Shown here: positions 34,043 to 50,002 of the stretch, one piece after another
Position numbering within the stretch: the first letter of the stretch is position 1
Layout: each line of letters opens with the position of its first letter
Assembly (NCBI GenBank): GCA_965215365.1
Contig: CBDCDS010000003.1
Coordinates: forward strand, 2,336,001-2,400,000
Direction: 5' to 3'
Length of the DNA stretch: 64,000 nucleotides
Origin: Gammaproteobacteria bacterium
GTDB taxonomy: Bacteria > Pseudomonadota > Gammaproteobacteria > Eutrophobiales > Eutrophobiaceae
The notes under the pieces: model-generated
Told to the model about the DNA's origin: nothing
Database searches by the model: none
What the model saw: only the letters and a program-made list of their open reading frames with translations
Position numbers and translations under genes: made by a program

Positions 34043-34369
34043 ATGTCCGAACAACAACCACACGAACGTTACAACGAAGACCTGGCCCTGCTGGAGGCGC
34101 GGCCGCGACTCAAGCGACCGCCTTTGTACAAGGTGCTGCTGCTGAATGACGACTACACGCCCATGGAATTTGTGGTGCATATCTTAGAGACGTTCTTCGC
34201 CATGGACCGGCAGACTGCGACGCGCATCATGCTGGAAGTGCACACCCGCGGCATGGGGGTATGCGGGGTGTTCACCCGCGATGTGGCCCAGACCAAGGTG
34301 GTGCAGGTCAACCATTATTCAAAGGAACACGAACATCCGTTAAAATGCACCATGGAGAAAGACAGCTGA
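34043..34369 (+). CDS. clpS: ATP-dependent Clp protease adaptor ClpS
   Basis: [25 protein letters not shown]. Confidence 0.98.
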   Translation: MSEQQPHERYNEDLALLEARPRLKRPPLYKVLLLNDDYTPMEFVVHILETFFAMDRQTATRIMLEVHTRGMGVCGVFTRDVAQTKVVQVNHYSKEHEHPLKCTMEKDS

Positions 34370-36648
34370 TGCTTGACAAAGACTTGGAACAAACGCTGAA
34401 CAACACGTTCCGCGCCGCCCGCGACCAGCGCTATGAATTCGTGACGGTGGAGCATTTGTTGCTGGCCTTGCTGGAGAACCCGGCAGCGCTGAAGGTGTTG
34501 CAGGCCTGCGGCGCCAAGGTGGAGGCGTTGCAGGACGAATTGACGCGCTTTATCGAGGATAACTCCCCGCGCCTTGACACCAATGACGAGCGTGAAACCC
34601 AGCCTACGCTGGGCTTTCAACGGGTATTTCAACGCGCCGTGCAACATGTGCAGTCCTCCGGTAAAAAGGAAGTGAGCGGCGCCAATATCCTGATCGCCAT
34701 TTTTTCCGAACGCGAATCCCACGCTGCGTTTTTTCTGCGCCAGCAGGACGTGGCGCGTTTAGATGCGGTGAACTTCATCGCGCACGGCATCGCCAAACAT
34801 CCCCAGGACGAAGCCGGACAGCCCGGCGCGGCAACCGAATTTGATGATGCCCATCAGGATGAGGGCTCGAAAAATCCCCTGGAGGCATATGCAACCGACC
34901 TCAATGAACAGGCTGAGCTTGGTCGCATAGATCCGCTCATCGGGCGCGCGCATGAAGTGCAGCGCACCATCCAGATCCTGTGCCGGCGACGCAAGAACAA
35001 CCCGCTGTTTGTGGGCGAGGCCGGCGTCGGCAAAACCGCCATCGCCGAAGGCATTGCCAGACAAATTGTCGCTAAGGAAGTGCCGGAAGTGCTGCACGAC
35101 TGCACCATTTTTTCACTGGACCTGGGCGCGCTGTTGGCCGGGACCCGCTATCGCGGCGATTTTGAGAAGCGCCTGAAAGGCGTGCTCGCCGAGTTGATGA
35201 AAAAAGATGGCGCAATTTTGTTCATTGACGAGATCCATACCATCATCGGCGCCGGCGCCGCCTCCGGCGCAGTCATGGACGCGTCCAATATCATCAAGCC
35301 GGTGCTGGCCTCCGGCGCCATCAAGTGTATCGGTTCCACCACCTACCAGGAATTTCGCGGCATCTTCGAGAAGGACCGGGCGCTGGCGCGGCGCTTCCAG
35401 AAGATCGATGTGGTCGAACCTTCCATTGACGAGACCATCAGGATCCTGCAAGGGTTGAAATCACGCTTTGAGGAACACCACCGCATACGTTACACGCAGC
35501 AGGCGTTGCGCTCTGCGACGGAACTGGCGGAGCGTTACATCACCGACCGCCACCTGCCGGACAAGGCCATTGACGTCATCGACGAGGCCGGCGCTTCACA
35601 GCAACTGCTGCCGCCTTCCCGGCGCAAAAAGACTATCGGAGTACAAGACATCGAGGCCATTGTGGCGAAGGTGGCGCGTATCCCGCCGAAGACAGTCACC
35701 AGCTCGCACCGGGATACCATGAAGAACCTGGAACGCAACCTGAAAATGGTAGTATTCGGCCAGGACCAGGCGGTCGCAAGCCTAGCCACGGCTATCAGGA
35801 TGGCGCGTTCGGGGCTGGGCAATCCGGAACAGCCCATCGGCGCGTTCCTGCTGGCCGGGCCTACCGGGGTGGGGAAAACCGAGCTCAGCAAACAACTGGC
35901 CAATGCCTTAGGGATCGAACTGCTGCGCTACGACATGTCCGAATACATGGAACGCCACACGGTCTCGCGCCTGATCGGCGCACCGCCGGGTTACGTGGGC
36001 TTTGACCAGGGTGGCCTGCTCACCGATGAGATCAACAAACATCCGCACAGCGTGCTGCTGCTGGACGAGATGGAAAAAGCCCACCCCGATGTGTTCAACC
36101 TGATGCTGCAGGTGATGGACCACGGCACCCTCACCGACACCAATGGGCGCCATATCGACTTTCGTAACGTGATCCTCATTATGACCACCAACGCCGGCGC
36201 CGAACGCATCAGCCGCGCCTCAGTCGGCTTCACCCGGCAGGACCACAGCTCGGACGCCCTGGAGATCATCAACAAGACCTTCAGCCCGGAGTTCCGCAAC
36301 CGCCTCAGTGCCATCATCGAATTCAACCCGCTGGAGCGGAGCACCATTCTGGATGTGGTGGATAAATTCCTGGTCGAACTGCAAGCGCAGTTGGATGAGA
36401 AAAAAGTGGTCATCGACATAGATGAACCGGCTCGCCTGTGGCTGGCACAACACGGCTACGACAGGCTTATGGGCGCCCGCCCCATGGCCCGCCTCATTCA
36501 GGACCGGATCAAAAAACCACTGGCCGAAGAGCTGCTGTTCGGCAAACTCCTGCACGGCGGCCACGTCATCGTCTCCGCCGTGGAAGATGGGATTACTATT
36601 GAGATAGAGGAAGAGGAACCGGCGGGGGTGGCGTTGGCTACAGGTTAA
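34369..36648 (+). CDS. clpA: ATP-dependent Clp protease ATP-binding subunit ClpA
   Basis: Two AAA modules (GEAGVGKT, GPTGVGKT); start overlaps clpS stop (TGATG). Confidence 0.98.
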   Translation: MLDKDLEQTLNNTFRAARDQRYEFVTVEHLLLALLENPAALKVLQACGAKVEALQDELTRFIEDNSPRLDTNDERETQPTLGFQRVFQRAVQHVQSSGKKEVSGANILIAIFSERESHAAFFLRQQDVARLDAVNFIAHGIAKHPQDEAGQPGAATEFDDAHQDEGSKNPLEAYATDLNEQAELGRIDPLIGRAHEVQRTIQILCRRRKNNPLFVGEAGVGKTAIAEGIARQIVAKEVPEVLHDCTIFSLDLGALLAGTRYRGDFEKRLKGVLAELMKKDGAILFIDEIHTIIGAGAASGAVMDASNIIKPVLASGAIKCIGSTTYQEFRGIFEKDRALARRFQKIDVVEPSIDETIRILQGLKSRFEEHHRIRYTQQALRSATELAERYITDRHLPDKAIDVIDEAGASQQLLPPSRRKKTIGVQDIEAIVAKVARIPPKTVTSSHRDTMKNLERNLKMVVFGQDQAVASLATAIRMARSGLGNPEQPIGAFLLAGPTGVGKTELSKQLANALGIELLRYDMSEYMERHTVSRLIGAPPGYVGFDQGGLLTDEINKHPHSVLLLDEMEKAHPDVFNLMLQVMDHGTLTDTNGRHIDFRNVILIMTTNAGAERISRASVGFTRQDHSSDALEIINKTFSPEFRNRLSAIIEFNPLERSTILDVVDKFLVELQAQLDEKKVVIDIDEPARLWLAQHGYDRLMGARPMARLIQDRIKKPLAEELLFGKLLHGGHVIVSAVEDGITIEIEEEEPAGVALATG

Positions 36649-36675
36649 AGTGTCCCTTCGGGACTTTTCCCCACC

Positions 36676-36701
36676 TGGATTCCCGCATGCGCGGGAATGA
36701 C
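36676..36701. repeat. REP-like palindrome ATTCCC-N8-GGGAAT between convergent genes
   Basis: TGGATTCCCGCATGCGCGGGAATGAC. Confidence 0.65.
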
Positions 36702-36720
36702 GACTTGTAATTCTAGCCGC

Positions 36721-38615
36721 TCAGCCTAGCAGCGAGGCATCGGCACCGGCGAAGAGGAAGCTGGCGTCGGTAAGGTCGTCCTGTGCTATGCCGGTGAGGG
36801 TCAGCGTGCCGCCGCCGTGCCCGGTGAAGTCGATGACGAGGCCCTGCGGGCCGGGTTGTAAGGTTAAGTCGCTGACGGTGCTGAGGTCGGCGAAGGCGCT
36901 CAGGTCAATGCGGTCGTCCCCGCGCCCGAAGTCGGTCACGATGTCGTGGCCGGCGCCGGGGGTGAAGATGAAGGTATCGTTGCCGTCCCCGCCGGTGAGG
37001 GTGTCAGCGCCGGCCCCGCCGTGCAAGGTGTCATCGCCGGCCCCGCCGTGCAGGGTATCAGCGCCGAGGTTGCCGCGCAGGGTGTCGTGGCCGGCCCCGC
37101 CGTGCAGGGTATCGTTGCCCTTGCCGCCGAACAGCCGGTCATGGCCAGCCCCGCCGTGCAGGGTGTCATCGCCGCCCGCCGGGCCGCCGTAGAGGGTGTC
37201 GTGGCCGCCGCCGCCGGTTAAGGTGTTGTCACGCCCGTCCCCGGCTAAGATGTCGTGGTAGTCCGAGCCGTGTAAGTGCTCGATGTCCAACAGCGCCTCG
37301 CCCTCCGTCATCCCCGCCACCGGGGTGAAGGTATCGCCCTCGGCATGACCGCCGTGCGCCTGCCCGCTGTGCAGGCGCACGATGACACCGGCATCGGAGT
37401 AGCGATACGAGGCGGTGTCCTGACCCTCACCCCCGCTGAGCACATCCGCCCCGGCCTCGCCTTCGAGGCGGTCATCCCCGGCGCGCCCTGCAAGGCGGTC
37501 GTCCCCGCCCCGCCCTTCAAGGCGATCGGCCCCGGAGGCGCCGATTAGAATGTCGTCATGCTCCGAGCCGTCTAAGTATTCAATGTCGGCCACCCGACCA
37601 CTGCGCACCCCCCCGGCGGCATCCGTCCAGGTGACGAGCTGACGCCCGGGAAAGGTATCGCCCTCGGCGTCCCCGCCGACAGCCTGCCCGCTGGTGAGGT
37701 TCACCGTCACCCCGGCCGGGGAGGCGGCGTAGCTCACCGCATCGAAGCCCGGCCCGCCGCGCAGTACATCAGCGCCAGGGCCGCCGGTGAGCCAGTCATT
37801 GCCATCCCGACCGTCTAAGGTATCAGCGCCCTCGCCCCCGTCTAAGTCATTGGGCAAGGCATTACCGATGAGCACATCACTATGTGCTGAGCCAATGAGG
37901 TTCTCAACATCCGGGACATTGCGCACGCGGGTCTGCCCGACGGCATCGATAACGGTGATGCGTTGCACCCCGAAGCTGTCACCGGTCGCGTGCCCGCCCT
38001 GTGCGCGGCCGGTCTCTAAGCGTATGCTCACCCCAGCGCCGGAGTCACCGTACCAGGCGGTGTCACTGCCGGGCCCGCCAATGAGCCTGTCACCGCCGGG
38101 GCCGCCGGCTAAGGTGTCATCGCCACCGCCGCCGTCCAAGGTGTCATCGCCGGGGCCGGCACTGTCGCCGGCCGGCAGGCGGTCGTCCTCAGCACTGCCG
38201 GTGAGCCGGCGTGCCGTGAAGGCGCCGCTATCATACAGGCGCAGCTCATAGCGCCCGGCATGGTCGTGGGTCGGGTTACGGGTATAGACTGCGGCTTGCA
38301 GGTAATATATCCCATCGGTATTGGGCCTAAACGTCAGCTGCGAGTGGGTCTCCCCGGCGCTGAAGTTGACATCATCGTTACGGGCTACCTGCGCGCCGGT
38401 GTTATCGTACAGCGTGAGCACCGTATCGCCGGCCGGCCCCGGGCCAATGCCGCCTAAGGTCATGGTGTAGGTCTCCCCGGCGGTTAACTCTACCCGTACC
38501 CAGTCGGCATCGGTGCGCGTGGCAATCAGGCCACGAAAGCGTGCGCCCACGGCCAGGGTGTAAGGAGTGTCAACGCCAGCCGGGGCGTCTTGCCCGGGAC
38601 GTTCGTAGGCAATCG

Positions 38616-38619
<4 letters not shown>
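36721..38619 (-). CDS. RTX (haemolysin-type) calcium-binding protein with N-terminal PPC-like domain
   Basis: Many GG.G.D.L nonapeptides; D.DW.RV.L..G.TY domain; ATG 38619 coupled to upstream stop (ATGA). Confidence 0.9.
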
Positions 38620-44971
<6,352 letters not shown>

Positions 44972-44972
<1 letters not shown>

Positions 44973-44999
44973 CTGCGGTCTGCGGTCTGCGGTCTGCGG
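44972..44999 (-). repeat. Heptanucleotide SSR (CCGCAGA)x4 directly upstream of the autotransporter ATG
   Basis: TCTGCGG at 44972, 44979, 44986, 44993. Confidence 0.9.
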
Positions 45000-45004
45000 T
45001 CAAC

Positions 45005-45075
45005 ATTATGTCGATTTCCTCAGCGTTTGTCAAGCAGTTTTTTGGCTTTTTTGGTATTTTTTTCAGTGAGATAAA
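45005..45075 (-). promoter_or_regulatory. Sigma70 promoter with A-tract UP element for the autotransporter
   Basis: TTGACA (45033-45028), 17 nt, CATAAT (45010-45005), preceded by AAAAAAATACCAAAAAAGCCAAAAAA. Confidence 0.8.
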
Positions 45076-45096
45076 AAGAAAAGTTTGCCTGCTGTT

Positions 45097-45465
45097 TCAA
45101 CCGTCCGTACCGGTGCTAGGCAGACCCAAATGCCCTTCAATCCGATGCACCTGACCCGACAGAGTATCTACTTTTTGACTCAAAGTATCCACCCTTTGAC
45201 CCAGTGCGTTGATGTTATCTTTCTGATCATCGATACGCTTGTTGACGTCATCGATACGCTTGTTTACGTCATCGATACGCTTGTCGATGCTTTCTTTCAA
45301 ATCATGGAAGCGTTTGTCGATGCTTTCTTTCAAATCATGGAAGCGTTTGTCGATGCTGTCCTTTAAGTCGCCGATGCGGGTGAACAGAACGCAGACAATG
45401 ATAAGTACAGCCAGATTGATGAGGTCGGGCAGGCGGTCGAACAGCATGCTGATAATGGCGTTCAT
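45097..45465 (-). CDS. Small N-anchored coiled-coil protein A1
   Basis: TM helix then 11-aa (DLKESIDKRFH) and 7-aa (RIDDVNK) repeats; GAGGG SD. Confidence 0.8.
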   Translation of the reverse strand: MNAIISMLFDRLPDLINLAVLIIVCVLFTRIGDLKDSIDKRFHDLKESIDKRFHDLKESIDKRIDDVNKRIDDVNKRIDDQKDNINALGQRVDTLSQKVDTLSGQVHRIEGHLGLPSTGTDG

Positions 45466-45501
45466 GGTTGTATTCCCTCTGCTTCAAGTGGAGGTAAGGT
45501 C

Positions 45502-45612
45502 ATGCTACTTGTCGTTGGAGCAGATGTCAATAAAAATACGATGTAGCGATTTTCATAAGTCCTGTCAAGCAGTTTTTGGCTTTTTTGGTAATTTTTTTCA
45601 CAGTGAGATAGA
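45502..45612 (-). promoter_or_regulatory. Tandem sigma70 promoters with the same UP block, for A1
   Basis: TTGACA-17-TACATC (45568-45540) and TTGACA-17-TAGCAT (45530-45502). Confidence 0.6.
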
Positions 45613-45702
45613 AAGAAAAAGTGGCCTGTCGGGTGGCGACTCAGGACACCCCTGGCTTAGAGGCAGGTCCCGGCATCACTAACAGGTTTGTTCAGCACCC
45701 GG

Positions 45703-46317
45703 TTACACCCCCGCAAACAGCTTCATAAAACCCAACAGCAGTCCTGCGAGCAATCCGGTCTGCGCAATCAACGCGCCGATCATCCATTTCAGCAAGTCAG
45801 CCTTGAGTTCAGCCAACTGCCGCTCCAGGTCGGTCTTGACTTTGGTCAACTTCCGATCCAAGTCGGCCTTGAGTTCGGTCATCTGCTGCTGCAGGTTGCC
45901 CTCGAGTTCGGTCATTTGCTGCTGCAGCCTGCCCTCAAGTTCGGTCATCTGCTGCTGCAGGTTGCCCTCGAGTTCGGTCATTTGCTGCTGCAGCCTGCCC
46001 TCAAGTTCGGTCATCTGCTGCTGCAGGTTGCCCTCGAGTTCGGTCATTTGCTGCTGCAGCCTGCCCTCAAGTTCGGTCATCTGCTGCTGCAGGTTGCCCT
46101 CGAGTTCGGTCATCTGCTGCTGCAGGTTGCCATCGAGTTTGGCCAGTTGCTCCTTTTGGACTCCCTCGAGTCTTAGCAGATTTTCCTTAGTAGCCAAGTT
46201 GCTGTTCAGTAAGGTCACCTGCTCGTCCGCCAACGCCTCGGCTTGCGCCTCGGTGAACCCGGTCTGCGTCAGGCGCTTGATAAAGCGGTGGGTATCAAAT
46301 GCAATGGCTTGGCTCAT
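45703..46317 (-). CDS. DUF1640/CCDC90-like coiled-coil protein B1, long stalk
   Basis: FDTH.F.K.L...GF.E.QAEAL head, LATKE neck, 8x L[DE]G[NR]LQQQMTE, C-terminal LLKWMIG TM anchor. Confidence 0.88.
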   Translation of the reverse strand: MSQAIAFDTHRFIKRLTQTGFTEAQAEALADEQVTLLNSNLATKENLLRLEGVQKEQLAKLDGNLQQQMTELEGNLQQQMTELEGRLQQQMTELEGNLQQQMTELEGRLQQQMTELEGNLQQQMTELEGRLQQQMTELEGNLQQQMTELKADLDRKLTKVKTDLERQLAELKADLLKWMIGALIAQTGLLAGLLLGFMKLFAGV

Positions 46318-46323
46318 GGCGGC

Positions 46324-46352
46324 AGTATATAAAGGCGTAACGGGTAATGCAA
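46324..46352 (-). promoter_or_regulatory. Sigma70 promoter for a probably leaderless B1 mRNA (identical copy at 47317-47345)
   Basis: TTGCAT-17-TATACT-6 nt-ATG, no SD. Confidence 0.7.
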
Positions 46353-46468
46353 CACATGTCCAGATTCAATACAGTAAGAGTCTCACTTGTTTCTGAACCC
46401 GGACAGCAGTTTTTTGGCTTTTTTGGTATTTTTTTCAGTGAGATAAAAATAAGAGTTTGCCTGCTGTT

Positions 46469-46837
46469 TCAACCGTCCGTACCGGTGCTAGGCAGACCCA
46501 AATGCCCTTCAATCCGATGCACCTGACCCGACAGAGTATCTACTTTTTGACTCAAAGTATCCACCCTTTGACCCAGTGCGTTGATGTTATCTTTCTGATC
46601 ATCGATACGCTTGTTGACGTCATCGATACGCTTGTTGACGTCATCGATACGCTTGTCGATGCTTTCTTTCAAATCATGGAAGCGTTTGTCGATGCTTTCT
46701 TTCAAATCATGGAAGCGTTTGTCGATGCTGTCCTTTAAGTCGCCGATGCGGGTGAACAGAACGCAGACAATGATAAGTACAGCCAGATTGATGAGGTCGG
46801 GCAGGTGCTCGAACAGCATGCTGATAATGGCGTTCAT
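46469..46837 (-). CDS. Small N-anchored coiled-coil protein A2
   Basis: Differs from A1 by 2 residues (DR to EH). Confidence 0.8.
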   Translation of the reverse strand: MNAIISMLFEHLPDLINLAVLIIVCVLFTRIGDLKDSIDKRFHDLKESIDKRFHDLKESIDKRIDDVNKRIDDVNKRIDDQKDNINALGQRVDTLSQKVDTLSGQVHRIEGHLGLPSTGTDG

Positions 46838-46896
46838 GGTTGTATCCTCTCTGCTTCAAGTGGAGGTGATGCGCTTACGCGCGAGCGCGGCTAATC

Positions 46897-46968
46897 ATTC
46901 TGGCATTTCCCCCGTGCTTGTCAAGCAGTTTTTGGCTTTTTTTGTAATTTTTTTCACAGTGAGATAGA
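46897..46968 (-). promoter_or_regulatory. Sigma70 promoter with UP block for A2
   Basis: TTGACA (46924-46919), 16 nt, CAGAAT. Confidence 0.55.
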
Positions 46969-47058
46969 AAGAAAAAGTGGCCTGTCGGGTGGCGACTCAG
47001 GACACCCCTGGCTTAGAGGCAGGTCCCGGCATCACTAACAGGTTTGTTCAGCACCCGG

Positions 47059-47310
47059 TTACACCCCCGCAAACAGCTTCATAAAACCCAACAGCAGTCC
47101 TGCGAGCAATCCGGTCTGCGCAATCAACGCGCCGATCATCCATTTCAACAAGTCGGCCTTGAGCTCCAGTAGATTCTGCTTGGTGGCCAGGTTGCTGTTC
47201 AGTAAGGTCACCTGCTCGTCCGCCAACGCCTCGGCTTGCGCCTCGGTGAACCCGGTCTGCGTCAGGCGCTTGATAAAGCGGTGGGTATCAAATGCAATGG
47301 CTTGGCTCAT
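47059..47310 (-). CDS. DUF1640/CCDC90-like protein B2, stalk-less (83 aa)
   Basis: Same head and anchor as B1, 121 aa shorter. Confidence 0.85.
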   Translation of the reverse strand: MSQAIAFDTHRFIKRLTQTGFTEAQAEALADEQVTLLNSNLATKQNLLELKADLLKWMIGALIAQTGLLAGLLLGFMKLFAGV

Positions 47311-47371
47311 GGCGGCAGTATATAAAGGCGTAACGGGTAATGCAACAACATTTTTCGATATAATGCGGTGC

Positions 47372-48664
47372 ATGCCTGTTTCCCGTTCCCTGCTTCCTGA
47401 CCCGCGCTGGTGGTTGTTCGGTATTGCCAGCCTGTTCTTTTTCTTTATCACGGCGGCCACCTTCAGTTCCCTGGGCGTGGCATTACCTTATATGATTGAG
47501 GAGTATGCTTGGAGCTGGTCCGAGGCCGGTGCCGGGTTTTCCCTGTTGGCGTTGATGGTGGGGCTGGCCGGCGCCCTGCCGGCCTGGACCATAAGGCGCT
47601 ACGGCATCCGCATGACTTATGTGCTGGGCGCGGCGGTGATGGCCTGCGGGTTTATGCTGATTGCCGCAGGAACCGGGCTGTATCTGTACTGGGCCGGCGC
47701 CGGCCTGCTGGGAACAGGGTTTGCCCTGTGCGCCACCGTGCCCGGCATCCACTTGATCAATGACTGGTTGCCCGAACGCCGCTCGTTCGCCATCGGCCTG
47801 TACCTGACCTTAGGCGGCCTAGGGGCGGTGGCGGGAGCACCGGTCGTGACCGCTATCATCGGTCATACCGACTCCTGGCGCCTGCACTGGTGGAGCATGA
47901 CCGGCGCTACGCTGGCACTGCTGCTGCTGGCCGCAGTCTTTATCCGGGCGCGGCCGACCGGCGCCGACATGGCGGACTCGCGACAGCAAGAGAAAACCTC
48001 CGCACAGGTATTTAAGACCCGCACTGACTGGCGCTACCGCGAGGCGCTACGCACGCCCCAGTATTACGTGCTCGTGGCGGCACTGACACTGACCCTGCTG
48101 TGCACCCTGACCATGAACAGCTGGGCGTTTACCCACTTGGGCATGCTCGGCATATCCACGACGCTGGCCACGCTGGCGCTGAGCGCCGCCGGCGCGGTCA
48201 ACGCCCTGTCGCGCGCTTTGGGCGGACTGCTTGCGACTCGTATAGACCCGAAATGGCTGCTGGTTGCGGCACTCGCCAGTGAAATGCTCGGCATGCTGGC
48301 CCTGTCGGTTGCGGATAACCCGGTGACGCTGATCGTGTTCGTCATTGGCGAAGGTTGCGGCTTCGGTTTATGTTTCCTGGCCACCACCCTGCTGCTGCTG
48401 AATTATTTCGGCGAGCGCGACAACCCGGAACTGCTCGGCACCATGAATTTCCTCACCACTATCGCCATGGTCGGCCCGATCCTGGCCGGCTACCTGGCCG
48501 GCAAGTCCGGCGGCTTCTCGGTCGCGTTCCAACTGAACGCGGCACTGTTACTGCTCCTTATCGTCGTCGTCGCTGGTATAAAACCTCCCCGCCAACGGGA
48601 CACTGTCACAGCTGGCGAAGCCGGCTGCCAGCGGCAGACCGGCAGCAGCGTGAATAAGCCATAA
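47372..48664 (+). CDS. MFS transporter
   Basis: ~12 hydrophobic helices; W..RRYG.R and W.PERRSFAIG motifs. Confidence 0.88.
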   Translation: MPVSRSLLPDPRWWLFGIASLFFFFITAATFSSLGVALPYMIEEYAWSWSEAGAGFSLLALMVGLAGALPAWTIRRYGIRMTYVLGAAVMACGFMLIAAGTGLYLYWAGAGLLGTGFALCATVPGIHLINDWLPERRSFAIGLYLTLGGLGAVAGAPVVTAIIGHTDSWRLHWWSMTGATLALLLLAAVFIRARPTGADMADSRQQEKTSAQVFKTRTDWRYREALRTPQYYVLVAALTLTLLCTLTMNSWAFTHLGMLGISTTLATLALSAAGAVNALSRALGGLLATRIDPKWLLVAALASEMLGMLALSVADNPVTLIVFVIGEGCGFGLCFLATTLLLLNYFGERDNPELLGTMNFLTTIAMVGPILAGYLAGKSGGFSVAFQLNAALLLLLIVVVAGIKPPRQRDTVTAGEAGCQRQTGSSVNKP

Positions 48665-48758
48665 AACATGCGAAAAGCCAAGGCACGCACGTAGCTGCAG
48701 CCACACCGACTACCGCTGCGCGGTAGAGCTCGAAAGCAGGGTTTGGGGAGGGGAATTC

Positions 48759-49001
48759 CTAGGTTTCGTGGCCTTCGTCTTCTTCCGCCAGAATCCTGAT
48801 GCTGCGGGCCGGGACGATGGTGGAGATCGCGTGTTTATAGACCAGCTGACTCACCGAGTTTTTCAGTAAAATCACGAACTGGTCAAAAGATTCAACCTGA
48901 CCTTGCAACTTGATACCGTTGGCGAGATAAATGGATACGGGAACCCGTTCCTTGCGTAAAGTATTCAGGAATGGGTCCTGGAGGGTTTGCCCCTTACTCA
49001 T
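48759..49001 (-). CDS. hfq: RNA chaperone Hfq
   Basis: [32 protein letters not shown]...YKHAIST. Confidence 0.99.
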   Translation of the reverse strand: MSKGQTLQDPFLNTLRKERVPVSIYLANGIKLQGQVESFDQFVILLKNSVSQLVYKHAISTIVPARSIRILAEEDEGHET

Positions 49002-49057
49002 AATGACACCTCGTTGCTATTCATTGTGGTTGTTATTACCTTACCCGCCCGATTATA

Positions 49058-50002
49058 CTACGCGCGGGAGGGGAATGTGTGTTTTTCGCGCAAATATTTC
49101 ACCACCGCCCGGGTCATGTTCATTGCGTAAGCGTCGAAGCAGATGGCATTCTGTTCCGAGCGTAACCAGGTCAACTGACGTTTGGCAAGTTGCCGGGTTG
49201 CGGTGACGGCGCGGGTGCGCATTTCAGCAAAATCGTAGTGCCCCGCCAGGTATGACCACACCTGCCGGTAGCCGACCAGCCGCATGGATGTCAAGTCCTC
49301 GTGCATATCTTTGCTCCGGTAAAAACTCTCCACTTCATCCACCAGGCCCTGCTCCAGCATGCGCTGAAAACGCTGCCCGACCCGGGCGCGCAGCAACTGC
49401 CTGTCGGCGGGGATTAGCGCCAGCTTGATAACCGTTTGTGGCAGTCTCCCCAGGCGCCCTTTGGCAACCAGGGCGGACAGCGGCTGGCCGGTCATTTCAT
49501 ATACCTCCAGTGCTCGTTGCACCCGTTGTACATCATTCGGGTGCAGGCGCGCGGCGCTGCCAGGGTCAACGCGCTGCAATTCTGTATGCAGCGCTGGCGC
49601 ACCCTGTTGTCGTAGCCTTTGCTGCAGGCGGCGACGCACTGCCAGGTCGGTGGCAGGCAGGTCGGAAAAACCCTGTTCCAGGGCACGAAAATACAAGCCG
49701 GTGCCGCCCACCAGTAACGGTATCCGGTCATGACTGCGGATATCCCTGATAGCCGCCAGGGCGTCGCGTCGAAACCTGCCAGCAGAATAAGCCTCGGTGG
49801 GCTGGCAAATATCGATCAGTCGATGCGGAACTATCTCCAGCACCTCCTTGCCGGGCTTGGCCGTGCCGATGTCCAGCCCTTTATAGACCATGGCAGAATC
49901 GACGCTGATAACCTCCAGCGGCAACTGTCTGACCAGCTCCAGCGCCAACGCCGTCTTGCCGCTCGCGGTCGGCCCCATGAGGAAAATGACCGTGTCATTC
50001 AT
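49058..50002 (-). CDS. miaA: tRNA dimethylallyltransferase
   Basis: GPTASGKT, DSAMVY.GLDIGTAKP, VGGTGLY, TRQLAKRQLTW. Confidence 0.98.
   Translation of the reverse strand: MNDTVIFLMGPTASGKTALALELVRQLPLEVISVDSAMVYKGLDIGTAKPGKEVLEIVPHRLIDICQPTEAYSAGRFRRDALAAIRDIRSHDRIPLLVGGTGLYFRALEQGFSDLPATDLAVRRRLQQRLRQQGAPALHTELQRVDPGSAARLHPNDVQRVQRALEVYEMTGQPLSALVAKGRLGRLPQTVIKLALIPADRQLLRARVGQRFQRMLEQGLVDEVESFYRSKDMHEDLTSMRLVGYRQVWSYLAGHYDFAEMRTRAVTATRQLAKRQLTWLRSEQNAICFDAYAMNMTRAVVKYLREKHTFPSRA

Larger units (their letters stand above)
45033..47347 (-). repeat. Tandem duplication of a two-gene cassette (45033-46354 and 46405-47347)
   Basis: Near-identical genes and spacers at offsets of 1372 and 993 bp. 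Confidence 0.93.

Noticed and set aside
45033-47347. Diversity-generating retroelement or invertase shufflon
   Set aside because: No reverse transcriptase or recombinase nearby, repeats are direct, and differences are not adenine-specific
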